Of a stretch of DNA of 64,000 nucleotides, positions 9,581 through 19,123 are shown piece after piece; the stretch's first letter is position 1; each line of letters starts with the position of its first letter. Under the pieces are notes generated by a model, which saw only the letters and a program-made list of their open reading frames with translations, was not told the DNA's origin and searched no databases. The DNA comes from Bacillota bacterium (lineage in GTDB: Bacteria > Bacillota > Sulfobacillia > JAJYWN01): the NCBI GenBank assembly GCA_021791495.1, contig JAJYWN010000064.1, forward strand, positions 10,139 through 74,138, given 5' to 3'. Position numbers and translations under genes: made by a program.

Positions 9581-9802
9581 ATGCAGATGCTGATCGAAGA
9601 CGCAACGACTTCAAACCTAGACCGCTCGGGAGCGGCCACGGAGATGCTCACCGTCGCCCAAGCCGCCCATTTCCTTCGCTTACATCCTGCCACGCTCTAC
9701 CGGCTCGTCAAGGAAGGGGCCCTGCCGTGCATCCGGCTCGGCAGGCTCATTAGGATTCCCATGTCGGCCATCCTTGGGTTGGTAAGGCCGTCTGCGATGT
9801 AA
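9581..9802 (+). CDS. xis: excisionase-family helix-turn-helix DNA-binding protein (Xis); the start may be at 9644
   Basis: LTVAQAAHFLRLHPATLYRLVKEGALPCIRLGRLIRIP matches the excisionase/MerR-like HTH family. It sits immediately upstream of the integrase. Confidence 0.65.
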   Translation: MQMLIEDATTSNLDRSGAATEMLTVAQAAHFLRLHPATLYRLVKEGALPCIRLGRLIRIPMSAILGLVRPSAM

Positions 9803-9905
9803 GGGCTCCGGGCCATGGGCAGCGGCGGGGCCGGCCCGCCCCAGGCAGGGCCCCAGCCGCTGCCTTCATGACCCTGTTTCGAGAGACATTGGAGGGAGGA
9901 ACCGC

Positions 9906-11120
9906 ATGTCGATCCGGAAGACCAAATATGGCACATACGAAACCAAGGTCTACCAGGGGGTGGACCCGGCCACCGGCAGAGAAGCCTACGCCTACCGGAC
10001 GTTTAAGACCAAGGCCGAAGCGAAGCGCTTCGAGGCCGATGCCAAACGCTCCGTTGAGGAGCAGGAGCACAGACCACCCACAGAACTGACCGTCGTCGAG
10101 TTCCTTCAGGAATGGCTGGAGAAGGACGTCAGGCCCAACCTCAAGCGCCGCACCGCCTTGCGCTACGAGCAGTTGATCCGTGTCCAGGTCGCGCCGGCCA
10201 TTGGGCGCGTCCCGCTTGCGAAGCTCTCGGCGCGCGACGTGGCCAGCTTCCTTGCGGGCCTGAAAGCGCAGGTTGCCGATCGGACCCGCCTGCACGCCTA
10301 CCGGGTCCTCCATCGGGCGCTGAACGTCGCCGTCCAGTGGGGCCTCGTTGGGAGGAACGCTTGCGACGGGGTGAAGGCTCCGAAGGCGGCTCAGCCGGTG
10401 CTCCACGTGCTAGAGGCATCCGAAGTCGAGGCCCTCCTGAGGACGGCCAAGAAGGAGAGGATCTACCCACTCGTCCTGACCGCAGTCATGACGGGAATGC
10501 GCGTTGGAGAACTGTGCGGGTTGCGGTGGCAGGACGTAGACTTGGAGGATCGCGTGGCCACCGTGGCACAGGCGCTTGACAAGCCGGGACTGCAGCCCCT
10601 GTTCACGACGCCGAAGAACAGAAAGACACGCAAGGTTCCCCTTGCCCCGGATCTCGCGGAGACGCTGCGCGCGTGGCGGGCGGGGCAGGCGAAGGAGAAG
10701 CTGTTCTTCGGCCAGGAGTATGTTAGCATGGGCCTAGTCTTCTGCCAGCCCGACGGGCGTCCCCTGAACCCTCAGAGCCTGACCAGGCATACCTGGAAGA
10801 GGATCAGTAGGGCTGCGGGATTGCCCAACGGCATCCGATTCCATGACCTCCGGCACACCTTCATCTCAAGGGCACTGCAGGCCGGGGCTAACCCCAGGGC
10901 AGTCGCCGAGATTGCCGGACACCATGACGCGTCGTTCACGCTGCGAGTGTACGCCGGCGTGACCCTGAACGACTCCAGGGAGGCGGTGGCACAGCTCCAG
11001 GACTACCTGGCATTCAAGGGAGGCGGCCTCGTCCCAGCCCTGGCACCGGCAGACCGGCCTTCGCCGTCGACGAGCTCAAGCCGAAGTCCTGGCCTCCGCC
11101 TTCGCGTGTCGAAGGCATAG
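9906..11120 (+). CDS. int: tyrosine-type site-specific recombinase / phage integrase
   Basis: It has an N-terminal SAM-like domain and the C-terminal catalytic signature (R..HDLRHTF..Y). The C-terminal low-complexity tail may be read-through. Confidence 0.85.
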   Translation: MSIRKTKYGTYETKVYQGVDPATGREAYAYRTFKTKAEAKRFEADAKRSVEEQEHRPPTELTVVEFLQEWLEKDVRPNLKRRTALRYEQLIRVQVAPAIGRVPLAKLSARDVASFLAGLKAQVADRTRLHAYRVLHRALNVAVQWGLVGRNACDGVKAPKAAQPVLHVLEASEVEALLRTAKKERIYPLVLTAVMTGMRVGELCGLRWQDVDLEDRVATVAQALDKPGLQPLFTTPKNRKTRKVPLAPDLAETLRAWRAGQAKEKLFFGQEYVSMGLVFCQPDGRPLNPQSLTRHTWKRISRAAGLPNGIRFHDLRHTFISRALQAGANPRAVAEIAGHHDASFTLRVYAGVTLNDSREAVAQLQDYLAFKGGGLVPALAPADRPSPSTSSSRSPGLRLRVSKA

Positions 11121-11220
11121 CACCAATAGGTGGTAAGCATGCAGCCAGAAGGCTCCAAGGAGGGCCAAGCCAAAGTTGCTGGTCGAGTTGCCGTTTCTGG
11201 CCAGCTTCCAAGTGACCAAC

Positions 11221-11258
11221 CGAAACCCTCCCTTTCACTACAGGGCGGGAGGGTTTCG
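11221..11258. other. perfect 12-bp inverted repeat (CGAAACCCTCCC / GGGAGGGTTTCG) with a 14-nt loop
   Basis: Seen directly, 100 bp downstream of the integrase stop. There is no U-tract after it. It could be a structural or recombination-related hairpin, or a factor-binding site. Confidence 0.5.
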
Positions 11259-11755
11259 CGTTGGCGCTATCCTGGGAAGGAATCGCCCCTACCTCTTGCC
11301 GAAGAAGCATCTGGCCCTCACGGTTTCGTCAAGGGAGTGGCAGTGTTGTTGTCTCCGCCGTTACTGCGGTTTCCTGCGGATTACCCGCCCGATTGCCCGA
11401 TTTCCGGGGCTCATCCCGTCACCTGGTCCGTATGGTACTTGGTGGATCAGTCGCCACCATCCGCCGATGACTTCAGGCCTTTGGCTGTAAAAGAGGGTCG
11501 AGCGAACTACGAGCGACGCAACAACCGACAGAAATGCATGGCCAGGGGCATATCTGTTTGGACGGACAGGTCGGCTGTCCTGGTTGCGCAGTCTCTAAAT
11601 CCGGGACTGGCGGGAAAGCTGCTTGCGCGTGGTACGATAAAGCCTACAGATGGCTGGGTGGCTCAAACGGGGGGAAATCCTGCCCACCACACGTGGTGGC
11701 CTTTTGAAGGAGTATCTCCGCATACGATTTTCCAGGTTGAGGGGAGGTGAGCGGA

Positions 11756-12946
11756 GTGGCCCACGAGATTGAATTGTTGACTCCTTTCGGGGTGCTGGGC
11801 ATAAGCGAAGTTTGGGTCGAGTTCAACGGGCCTCGGCTGTTCACCTGTGAGAACGCAGCCGGACATGCCTACATAGGGATGTGGGTCATGGAAGGCAAGG
11901 ACAGGGATGTTTATCTCTTTATGGCCGTCAGCCATGAACGTCTGGAAACTATACGCAGAGGCATGATGCCATTGTGTGTGGCTATCGTTTCTTCCGAATG
12001 CGGTATTGAAGAGGTCACCTTCTTCCCGGACGGTTCGGTAGCCAAATCCCGACACCTGGATGCGGAGCAGATCCCGAAAGAGTACCTCCCCTCAGAGGAT
12101 GCGGTAGTGACAATCTACGAGGATCAGGAACACCGAGAGCCCGAGATCACTTCGGTCACAATGGCTGTTCGAAGCCGGCGGGAGATCGTGGACGTGTGTG
12201 TTGATGGGGGAGCAGCTAGATTCCACGAATTGCAGACCAGGCGCCTAGGGACCCTCCTACTGAACACCCAAGATCTCTTGGATGACCTTGCCAACCCGGA
12301 ATCCGCCACCAGAGGAAGATTGCCCAAGGCGCTGATTGACGAGACGCAGTTCAATGCACTACCGGTAGCCGCAGGTTCTTTCCGAATACGTCTGGCGTCG
12401 GCCAATGCTTGTGACCTCTTCTTTGACACGGGAATGGCGACCAAAGCGGCAAGACAGATGGTCGACCTCATCCAGGCGTGTGCCAAGCCGGATAGCCTCG
12501 GGCCTGCTGCAGAAGGCATCGGCCCTCGCGCAGCAGGGAAGCTTCGTGACCTGTTGGGCGATCTGTCCGCTGATGGACTGAGCCTAACTGTGGACTGGGG
12601 ATCGCCTGCCGACCACAGGAACGTGGCACGGCTTTCCGGTAGGGAGGTTCACGAAGCTTTCACTGCCCTCACCCAGAAAGCCCTACCGGTCTCCTCCATC
12701 TTCACGGTCCATGGAAGGCTGACCGGTCTGGACACCGATAAGCGGTCCTTCAGGTTTCACGCTGACGACGGCAGTCTGTACACTGGATCATATACCGACA
12801 ATTGCGCGGAAGAAGTTCTTATGCGTCTGGCCAGGCAGGAAGGCGGGACGCCGTCGACCGCCACTATCGAGCAGATAGTCGTGGTTGTCCCGGCGACTGG
12901 GGAAACCAAGACAAGCAACATATTACGGACGTTGATCCCGGATTAG
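11756..12946 (+). CDS. hypothetical 397-aa protein (orphan cargo gene; the start may alternatively be GTG at 11747)
   Basis: A long ORF with GAGGGGAGG upstream. Its composition is of lower GC than the flanks. No recognizable domains. Confidence 0.55.
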   Translation: MAHEIELLTPFGVLGISEVWVEFNGPRLFTCENAAGHAYIGMWVMEGKDRDVYLFMAVSHERLETIRRGMMPLCVAIVSSECGIEEVTFFPDGSVAKSRHLDAEQIPKEYLPSEDAVVTIYEDQEHREPEITSVTMAVRSRREIVDVCVDGGAARFHELQTRRLGTLLLNTQDLLDDLANPESATRGRLPKALIDETQFNALPVAAGSFRIRLASANACDLFFDTGMATKAARQMVDLIQACAKPDSLGPAAEGIGPRAAGKLRDLLGDLSADGLSLTVDWGSPADHRNVARLSGREVHEAFTALTQKALPVSSIFTVHGRLTGLDTDKRSFRFHADDGSLYTGSYTDNCAEEVLMRLARQEGGTPSTATIEQIVVVVPATGETKTSNILRTLIPD

Positions 12947-13134
12947 GAGGTGGACGCAAGCCGACCCGGGCATTCTCCGACAGCCGAAACGCTTCCACGC
13001 GCTCCTTTCCACGATTGAGCTCCCTCTCCGGCCTCCGAGAGCTGCCTCCACTTGGTTCAATTTTGCGAGAGAAGCATCTCCGTGCCCGACGACAAACCGC
13101 AAACAGTAATGTCAAGATGACTGTCCCGCGGCAG

Positions 13135-13210
13135 AATCCGGGGTCGGCAAAAGACCGCCCCGGGGGCGGTACGCGCAAATCGTTGTCCGGTAATTGCGCC
13201 CGGGAGGACT
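13135..13210. repeat. att-like direct repeat copy: duplicate of the tRNA-Arg(CCU) 3' end plus its downstream hairpin region
   Basis: CAAATCGTTGT...TGCGCCCGGGAGGACT (13176-13210) matches 14821-14856. AATCCGGGG...hairpin (13135-13175) matches 14767-14820. Confidence 0.7.
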
Positions 13211-13729
13211 TTAGCCACCGCGCCGGTCTCTTGTCAGAATCGTGTCCACCAAATCTGCGTATTCCCGTGAGCCCTCCACGCGCGGGCCAGCATCGTGCTC
13301 GATAGCGTGCCGAGCTTTCTCCAGCGGAAGATCGGCCAGAGTACGGGCGATTGCCCAAACGCCTTGCTCCCGCTTCTGTGTTGGTAGATTCTTGACCCCC
13401 AGGGTTTCCGCAAATCGTCTTAGATCCTTGGCCTCCGGCAGCAATTCTCGAGACATCATCTGACTCAACACCTGGGATAAAAAAGCATACATCTGTGGGT
13501 TTTGTTCCCTCAACTCAGTCAGGAAAGCGGATCGTGTGCTTTTTGCCTTGCTTCCGGGGCGCAAGTCTCTACGGGCATTGAGCTTATCCAGAGATCGCAA
13601 AATCCTGCCGAGAGGTTCGGTCTCCGAGTCACCTTCCAGGATGCTGGTGACGTCAAGAATATCCCGTCTTGAGTACGTCTCCCCAATGATCAGCATTTCA
13701 AGAAGTAGCTTCTTGTTTGTTGTCATCAC
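13211..13729 (-). CDS. hypothetical protein, putative ParA partner (172 aa)
   Basis: It overlaps the parA stop by 4 nt (ATGA). Low-GC composition. Confidence 0.5.
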   Translation of the reverse strand: MMTTNKKLLLEMLIIGETYSRRDILDVTSILEGDSETEPLGRILRSLDKLNARRDLRPGSKAKSTRSAFLTELREQNPQMYAFLSQVLSQMMSRELLPEAKDLRRFAETLGVKNLPTQKREQGVWAIARTLADLPLEKARHAIEHDAGPRVEGSREYADLVDTILTRDRRGG

Positions 13730-14565
13730 AGGCCCACCTTCGCGGCGAACTCCTTTCCAAATGCTTCAAACTCATCTATCACGTTGCTTCTCGCATACTC
13801 CGTATGGAAGATTGCGGTCTTGTCTCTGGCCCCCCGTGGATATGATCGTGAATGGCGAACTTCGTTTACGAACACAGGCCAACCGTACTGTAGCGCTCGC
13901 TCCTTGACCTCAGCCCTAGCCTGGTTGTGTTCCGCGTATGAATAGGATGGGTCGGCGTCGTTGAAAACGATGCCGGCGATCTGTACTGTTGCTGTTCTGT
14001 GTGAGCGCCGGAAATCGTCCAGTGAACGGACTAGCAACGGCAAGCCTATGGCAGCTAGGAACTCCGGCTTTACGGGAATCAAGACACTGTCGCTAGCTAA
14101 ATAAGCTGCCACGGTTAACATCGATTCAGTCGGAGGGCAGTCCAGAAGAATCAGATCATATTTGTCACGAACATCAGCGAGGAAACCTGCCAACAGGTGT
14201 TCCTTGCTAGCCGGGTTCTTCAGCGTCCATGACAACTCCAGCAACGACGGGACCAAGTCAATAAGACTTCCATCGGTCCATCTCTTGACCCGCTTAATCA
14301 TGCTCTCAGGGGTGATCTCTTGCCTCGGTGCTATGGTTGGAGTGAACTGCTCGAAGATGTCAAATACTGTCGGTGCGTGTTGGTCCAGATGCTTTCGATA
14401 CTCTACAACACCCATTAAGTACTGACTTGCGTTGGCTTGGGGGTCCAAGTCGACAAGTAGTACTTTCTTGTTCCGTCTATACGCCACATACCAGGCCAGA
14501 TTGAACGCCAGCGTGGTCTTGCCCACGCCTCCTTTCATGTTGATAACAGCAACGGTGACGACCAT
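13726..14565 (-). CDS. parA: ParA/MinD-family partition ATPase
   Basis: Deviant Walker A motif MKGGVGKTT with LVDLDPQANAS. Confidence 0.85.
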   Translation of the reverse strand: MVVTVAVINMKGGVGKTTLAFNLAWYVAYRRNKKVLLVDLDPQANASQYLMGVVEYRKHLDQHAPTVFDIFEQFTPTIAPRQEITPESMIKRVKRWTDGSLIDLVPSLLELSWTLKNPASKEHLLAGFLADVRDKYDLILLDCPPTESMLTVAAYLASDSVLIPVKPEFLAAIGLPLLVRSLDDFRRSHRTATVQIAGIVFNDADPSYSYAEHNQARAEVKERALQYGWPVFVNEVRHSRSYPRGARDKTAIFHTEYARSNVIDEFEAFGKEFAAKVGL

Positions 14566-14766
14566 TTCAAGCTCCCCCTCTTTCCTTCGTTTGGTAAATG
14601 GGGTTCGCCGCCTGGTCGTTTGGTCCCTGTCCTATTACTCCTTCGTTTTGGCCGATCATTTGACCGTGACGTATAGGGAGGGCCACGCATGGTTCGATGA
14701 TTGGACACGGCATACGGACATGGGCGGCAAGGGCACTGCAGGTTCCAGTTTGGGCACGACTCTGCC

Positions 14767-14856
14767 TAATCCGGGGTAAAATCCGGGGTGGTCCGAAGAC
14801 CACCCCGGGGTTGGTCGGCACAAATCGTTGTGCCGCAATGTGCGCCCGGGAGGACT
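14767..14856. repeat. att-like direct repeat copy at the tRNA-Arg(CCU) 3' end, including a perfect terminator-like hairpin CCGGGGTGGTC-CGAA-GACCACCCCGG (14784-14809)
   Basis: See the matching copy at 13135-13210. Confidence 0.7.
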
Positions 14857-14914
14857 CGAACCACCGGCACGCGGTTTAGGAAACCGCTGCTCTATCCACC
14901 TGAGCTACGGGCGC
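14841..14914 (-). tRNA. tRNA-Arg (anticodon CCU)
   Basis: Manual cloverleaf: acceptor GCGCCCG, D-loop AGGTGGATAGAGC, anticodon loop TTCCTAA, T-arm GGTTCGAGTCC, discriminator A, and no encoded CCA. Confidence 0.85.
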
Positions 14915-15056
14915 AAAGCTATGTCAAGTACAATCGATGCGGTTCTGAAAGTGCAATAGATATTTTACCGCCGCGTCAGGACGCCGTCAAACAGAATGGC
15001 AAATGCTCTATACGCGGACAGGCCGTCTGCCGAGACAATTGGTCTGTTTGGACCGG

Positions 15057-15710
15057 CTAACCTTGATTTATGGTCCTAACCCAGTACTTCGTGATGTCCG
15101 CCGGTCGCGTGATGGCGGTGCCGACGACGGCGCAGTAGCAGCCGAGTTGGAACGCCTTGGCGACTTCTTCCGGCCGCCAGTAGCCGCCCTCGGCCACCAC
15201 CGGGGTGGACACGGCCTTCGCCACGGCGGCCACGAAATCGAAGTCGGGGGTGGCCTGACGGTAGGTGGGCCGGAGGAGGTCGGCGCCTTCCCGCTCCATG
15301 GCGCGGGCTTCCTCAAGGGTGGCGACGTCCACCATGACGGCTTTCCCCTGATCATGGACGTGGCGGATGAGGTCCGGCACGGGGTCACCGTAGGGGCGGC
15401 CGCCGGCGCCGGCTAGGGCGACGATGTCGCAGCCGGCCTGGATGAGAGCGTCGGCAGCCTTGAAAGTGGGCGTGACCCACCGCTTGCCGCTGGGGTCGGC
15501 TTCCCACTGCATGCCCATGACTGGTATTTTCACGATGCGGCTGATCACCGCCACGTCTTCGGCGCCGTCGGCTTTCACGCCCACGGCGCCGCCCATCTCG
15601 GCGGCCAGCGCCATGGCGGCCATGAAGATCGGCCCATGCAGGACCTCCTTTTCTACCGCCATGCACGAAACCAATAGTCCCTTGTGGAGTTTCTCAATGG
15701 TTGGATGCAC
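15057..15710 (-). CDS. nanE: N-acetylmannosamine-6-phosphate 2-epimerase (NanE)
   Basis: LHKGLLVSCMA..., lysine-containing barrel motifs, and overall NanE-like (TIM barrel) sequence. Confidence 0.7.
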   Translation of the reverse strand: MHPTIEKLHKGLLVSCMAVEKEVLHGPIFMAAMALAAEMGGAVGVKADGAEDVAVISRIVKIPVMGMQWEADPSGKRWVTPTFKAADALIQAGCDIVALAGAGGRPYGDPVPDLIRHVHDQGKAVMVDVATLEEARAMEREGADLLRPTYRQATPDFDFVAAVAKAVSTPVVAEGGYWRPEEVAKAFQLGCYCAVVGTAITRPADITKYWVRTINQG

Positions 15711-16013
15711 CGCAGATGCCCCCTAATCGTCGTCTTCCATCCATCCGGCATCTCTCGCCCGCCGACCTTGGCCACCTTCCGCACACCCAATGCCCACACT
15801 CGTGGCGGGCGCTCTGCGCCCCGTGACCCTTGTGCGCCCGACCCGGTTTGGAGTTCTGGAGGTTCGGGCGAATCCCTACCGGCACATCCGGTTGAGAATG
15901 TGCCGGCCGCGGCGGCAATTCGCCGCACCTGCCCGAGCGGGTGGCATGGTTCTTGCCGCCGCTGTATTGAGCCAGCACCGTCACGTGTCGCAACGGGCAA
16001 GGGAGGAGTCTCT

Positions 16014-17213
16014 ATGCACTATCGCCAGTTAGGGAAGACGGGCATCTCTGTGAGCGAAATCGGCCTTGGAACAGAGCATCTGGCCGGACCGCCGGCCGCC
16101 GTCTACGATGAGGTCTTCGGATACGCCGTGGACAAGGGTGTGAACTACGTCGATATCTTGATGCCGTATCCCGATTACCGGGATAACATCGGCCGCTCCA
16201 TCCGCGGTATCCGGGAGAAACTGGTGATCGCCGGGCACATCGGCATCGCCCTTGAGCAGGGGCAGTATCTGAAAACCCGCGATGTCAAGGTCTGCCGCGC
16301 GATGTTCGAGGACCAGCTCACCCGTCTCGGAACCGACGGCGTCGACGTCGTCATGCTTCAATGGGTGGATGGCGCGGCGGAATTGGACGAGGCCCTGGCC
16401 CCGGGCGGCACGCTGGAGCTGGCGGCCCGGCTGAAGCGGGAAGGGAAGGCGCGCGCCGTCGGCCTTTCGACGCACGAACCGGCAACGGCTGTGGCGGCGG
16501 TGGAGAGTGGGGCGGTGGACCTGGTCATGCACCCGGTGAACCTGACCTACAGTCCCCAGTTCGCATCGACGGCGAACGCGGTCTTCGGCGTCGCCGACCC
16601 GGCCACGGCCAAGCGGGCGCCCGTCCCCTTGCAGAGAATCCTCGACGTCTGCCGGCGGCGCGGGGTGGGGCTGGTGGGGATGAAGCCCTTCGGCGGCGGT
16701 GCGCTCTTTCTGCGGCGGCGGGCATCGGTGGCAGTCACGGCCCCTTCGGCTTCAGCCGTGCCCGTTCCGGCCACTCCCTCTCCCGCTCCGACTCCCGCTC
16801 AATGCCTCAGCTTCTCCCTTTCCCACCCGGAGGTCTCCTGCGCCCTTGCCGGCGTCCGAAACTTGGACCAGCTGAAAGAAGACCTGCATTACCTCGACGC
16901 CACTGCCAGGGAGCGGGACTTCAGCGCCATCGCCGGGTCGCTTGGCGCGGAGCTGGCCAGCGGCTGCACGTACTGCAACCACTGCCTGCCCTGCCCGGCC
17001 GAGATCAATGTGGGGGAGACGCTGCGCCTCCTCGATATGGTCGAAGTCCTGGACGCGGCTCAGGGGGGCGGGTTCACCTTGCGGGGCGACTATGCCAGCC
17101 TCCCGGTGAAAGCCTCGGCCTGCACGGCGTGCGGGGCCTGCAGCGCTCGCTGCCCCTTCGGAGTGGACGTAGCCGCGAAAATGGCCCGCGCCGTCCAGGT
17201 TTTTGAAAGCTAG
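16014..17213 (+). CDS. aldo/keto reductase fused to a C-terminal 4Fe-4S ferredoxin domain
   Basis: It starts at MHYRQLGKTGISVSEIGLGTEHL (AKR N-terminus) and has two C-terminal CxxCxxCxxxCP motifs. A low-complexity Ala/Pro/Ser insertion sits between the domains. The listed ORF's upstream extension is unlikely to be translated. Confidence 0.75.
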   Translation: MHYRQLGKTGISVSEIGLGTEHLAGPPAAVYDEVFGYAVDKGVNYVDILMPYPDYRDNIGRSIRGIREKLVIAGHIGIALEQGQYLKTRDVKVCRAMFEDQLTRLGTDGVDVVMLQWVDGAAELDEALAPGGTLELAARLKREGKARAVGLSTHEPATAVAAVESGAVDLVMHPVNLTYSPQFASTANAVFGVADPATAKRAPVPLQRILDVCRRRGVGLVGMKPFGGGALFLRRRASVAVTAPSASAVPVPATPSPAPTPAQCLSFSLSHPEVSCALAGVRNLDQLKEDLHYLDATARERDFSAIAGSLGAELASGCTYCNHCLPCPAEINVGETLRLLDMVEVLDAAQGGGFTLRGDYASLPVKASACTACGACSARCPFGVDVAAKMARAVQVFES

Positions 17214-17725
17214 GCTCGTCCCTGGCTCTTGCTGGGGCGCCGGTAACGCCGGCTCTGTGTGTCCACCGTGCGCGGAAAGAGGGGTGTCAAGTTCCGCCGA
17301 CATCCTGGCGCCCACCCCTGTCAAATTCCTTATGCACCCCGCCTTGAGAGAATACCCGTGGGGGTAAGAAAGGCTTGAAGAACAACCCCGACGGCAAGGT
17401 CCACCAACTGGCAGTCGGCTTCGCATCTTATGGCAAACCTAGTAGCTGCGGTTTCCCTTCCTGCGCCCAAATAGGCCATGCTCTTGCCCCAGGGCCTACC
17501 GCGATTGGAACCCTTGAAACCCGGTTGGCGTGATAGGGTGTATAAGGATTTTGAATGCCAGGAGCCTTGGGGTGTCAAAGGCTTCTGACCCCAGTCTTTT
17601 CACCCCAGTTGGCCGACAGAAGGGCAGACCCCGCTTCCTCTCAGAAGGGATGATAGCGGGGTCCGCCGAGCCAGGATATTAGATGCTGATCGAAGAACCG
17701 CACCTAGAACCGATCTACTTCGTCT

Positions 17726-19123
17726 CTACTTCGTTGTGATTACCACATTGTCCAAGGCCACGTAGGGGAAGGTCGCCCCGCCGCCGCCCCCGCCCATTCC
17801 CGGACCGCCGGCCGAGGCGTCCTTCGTCTCGCGGCTGAGACCGGCCAGGTGGTCGCGGAAGTGGGTGAAGGCGTTCAGGGAGAACATGCAGTTCTTCACG
17901 CGCCCCGCCACCTTGCCGCCCTCGATCCTCAGGCCCAGCGAGATGGTGCCGCTGACGTTGCCGCTGTACGCGTTCCCGGTCCAGGCCCCCATGCTGCCCA
18001 GCACGAGGAGCCCGTGGTCGATGCCCGCCACCATCTCGGCCAGCGGCGTCTCTCCCGGCGCCAGGAGCACGCGGTGCGGCCCGGCTCCCGTCCCGGCCGC
18101 GGTGGCGTTGCCGGTGGAGGAGCGGCCCAGCTCCTTGGCGGTTTGAAGATCAAGGAGCGCGCCAACGGGGACGCCCCCATCGATGAGGATGTTGCGCCGC
18201 GTGGGCACGCCTTCGCGGTCGAAGGGGGCGCTGGTAATGGTCATGGGCAAGGTGCCGTCATCGACCAGCGTCACACGGGGATCGAGTAGACGCTCGGCGC
18301 CGCCAGCCCCGCCACCCGCGCCCGTGCTGGGGGCCAGCTTCTCTTTCCAAGGCGAGATGCCGCGGGCGATGGCCTTGCCGTTCAGCGAAGCCAGGAACGG
18401 GGTCACCAAGAAGCCTACCTGGGAAGGCGCGAAAATCACGGGATAGCTACCGGCGCCGAAGGGCACCGTTTCCCGCGCCCATTCCAACTCCCGCAAGGCT
18501 TCCTTCTTCATGTCCTCATAGTCAAGGTCTGGTCCCGCGGCGTTGCGCGACTCACCCACCCGGAGGAAGTCGTCGCCCTGGATGAGCTGGCCGCCGCATC
18601 CGGCGTGCCAGGCCGTCTTCCGATAGGACCCGGCGAAACCGGCCGTGTTCACCAGAGACACTTCCACCTCTTCCGCCTCAATGCCGGCGCTTGCCCGCAG
18701 GCGGCGTTCGGCGGCCAGCAGCGTGCCCAGGAAGTCGCGCCCGATGGCGACCATCTCCTCTAGCCTTGTAGCGGGCACGCGCGGGTCGGATAACGGGATC
18801 TGGGCCACCGGCGCGGCGCCCGGGAAATCATAGCCCACCGCCGTGCCGTATTTCACGGCCCGCAGCGCCTTCTCCACAAGCTCCATTGCGGCGCTTTCGC
18901 CCGGCTCGCTAGTGGTGGCAGCAGAGAGGCGTCCGTCCAGGATCACCCGTAGGGTGATGGTGCGGTTACGGCTCTGGCTGGTGCCCTCGAACTGGCTATT
19001 GGCGAAGCGGACGGAGGTGGAGCGGATCGACCGAGTGTAGAGCTCGCCCTGGGCCCCGCGTGGCAACCCATTGAAGATGGCCGCCGCGGTTTCCCACTGA
19101 TTGTCGCCGGTATGCGTGTCCAT
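17726..19123 (-). CDS. pmbA: TldD/PmbA-family metalloprotease (PmbA-like)
   Basis: TldD/PmbA-family fold sequence. Its ATG at 19123 overlaps the stop of the upstream tldD (ATGA). Confidence 0.75.
   Translation of the reverse strand: MDTHTGDNQWETAAAIFNGLPRGAQGELYTRSIRSTSVRFANSQFEGTSQSRNRTITLRVILDGRLSAATTSEPGESAAMELVEKALRAVKYGTAVGYDFPGAAPVAQIPLSDPRVPATRLEEMVAIGRDFLGTLLAAERRLRASAGIEAEEVEVSLVNTAGFAGSYRKTAWHAGCGGQLIQGDDFLRVGESRNAAGPDLDYEDMKKEALRELEWARETVPFGAGSYPVIFAPSQVGFLVTPFLASLNGKAIARGISPWKEKLAPSTGAGGGAGGAERLLDPRVTLVDDGTLPMTITSAPFDREGVPTRRNILIDGGVPVGALLDLQTAKELGRSSTGNATAAGTGAGPHRVLLAPGETPLAEMVAGIDHGLLVLGSMGAWTGNAYSGNVSGTISLGLRIEGGKVAGRVKNCMFSLNAFTHFRDHLAGLSRETKDASAGGPGMGGGGGGATFPYVALDNVVITTK

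Noticed and set aside
9584-9601. 17/18-nt match AGATGCTGATCGAAGA shared between the xis region (9584) and the 17682 intergenic region
   Set aside because: A single short match with no flanking similarity, most likely coincidental.
11130-11750. 206-aa ORF between the integrase and the 399-aa gene
   Set aside because: Arg/Pro/Gly-rich, typical of a spurious open frame in high-GC DNA. It spans the perfect 12-bp hairpin and has no RBS.
17330-17360. TPP-riboswitch-like UGAGAGAAUACCCGU motif
   Set aside because: The obligatory downstream ACCUGAUCUGG...GCCAGCG pyrimidine-sensing helix is absent, so the match is partial and probably chance.
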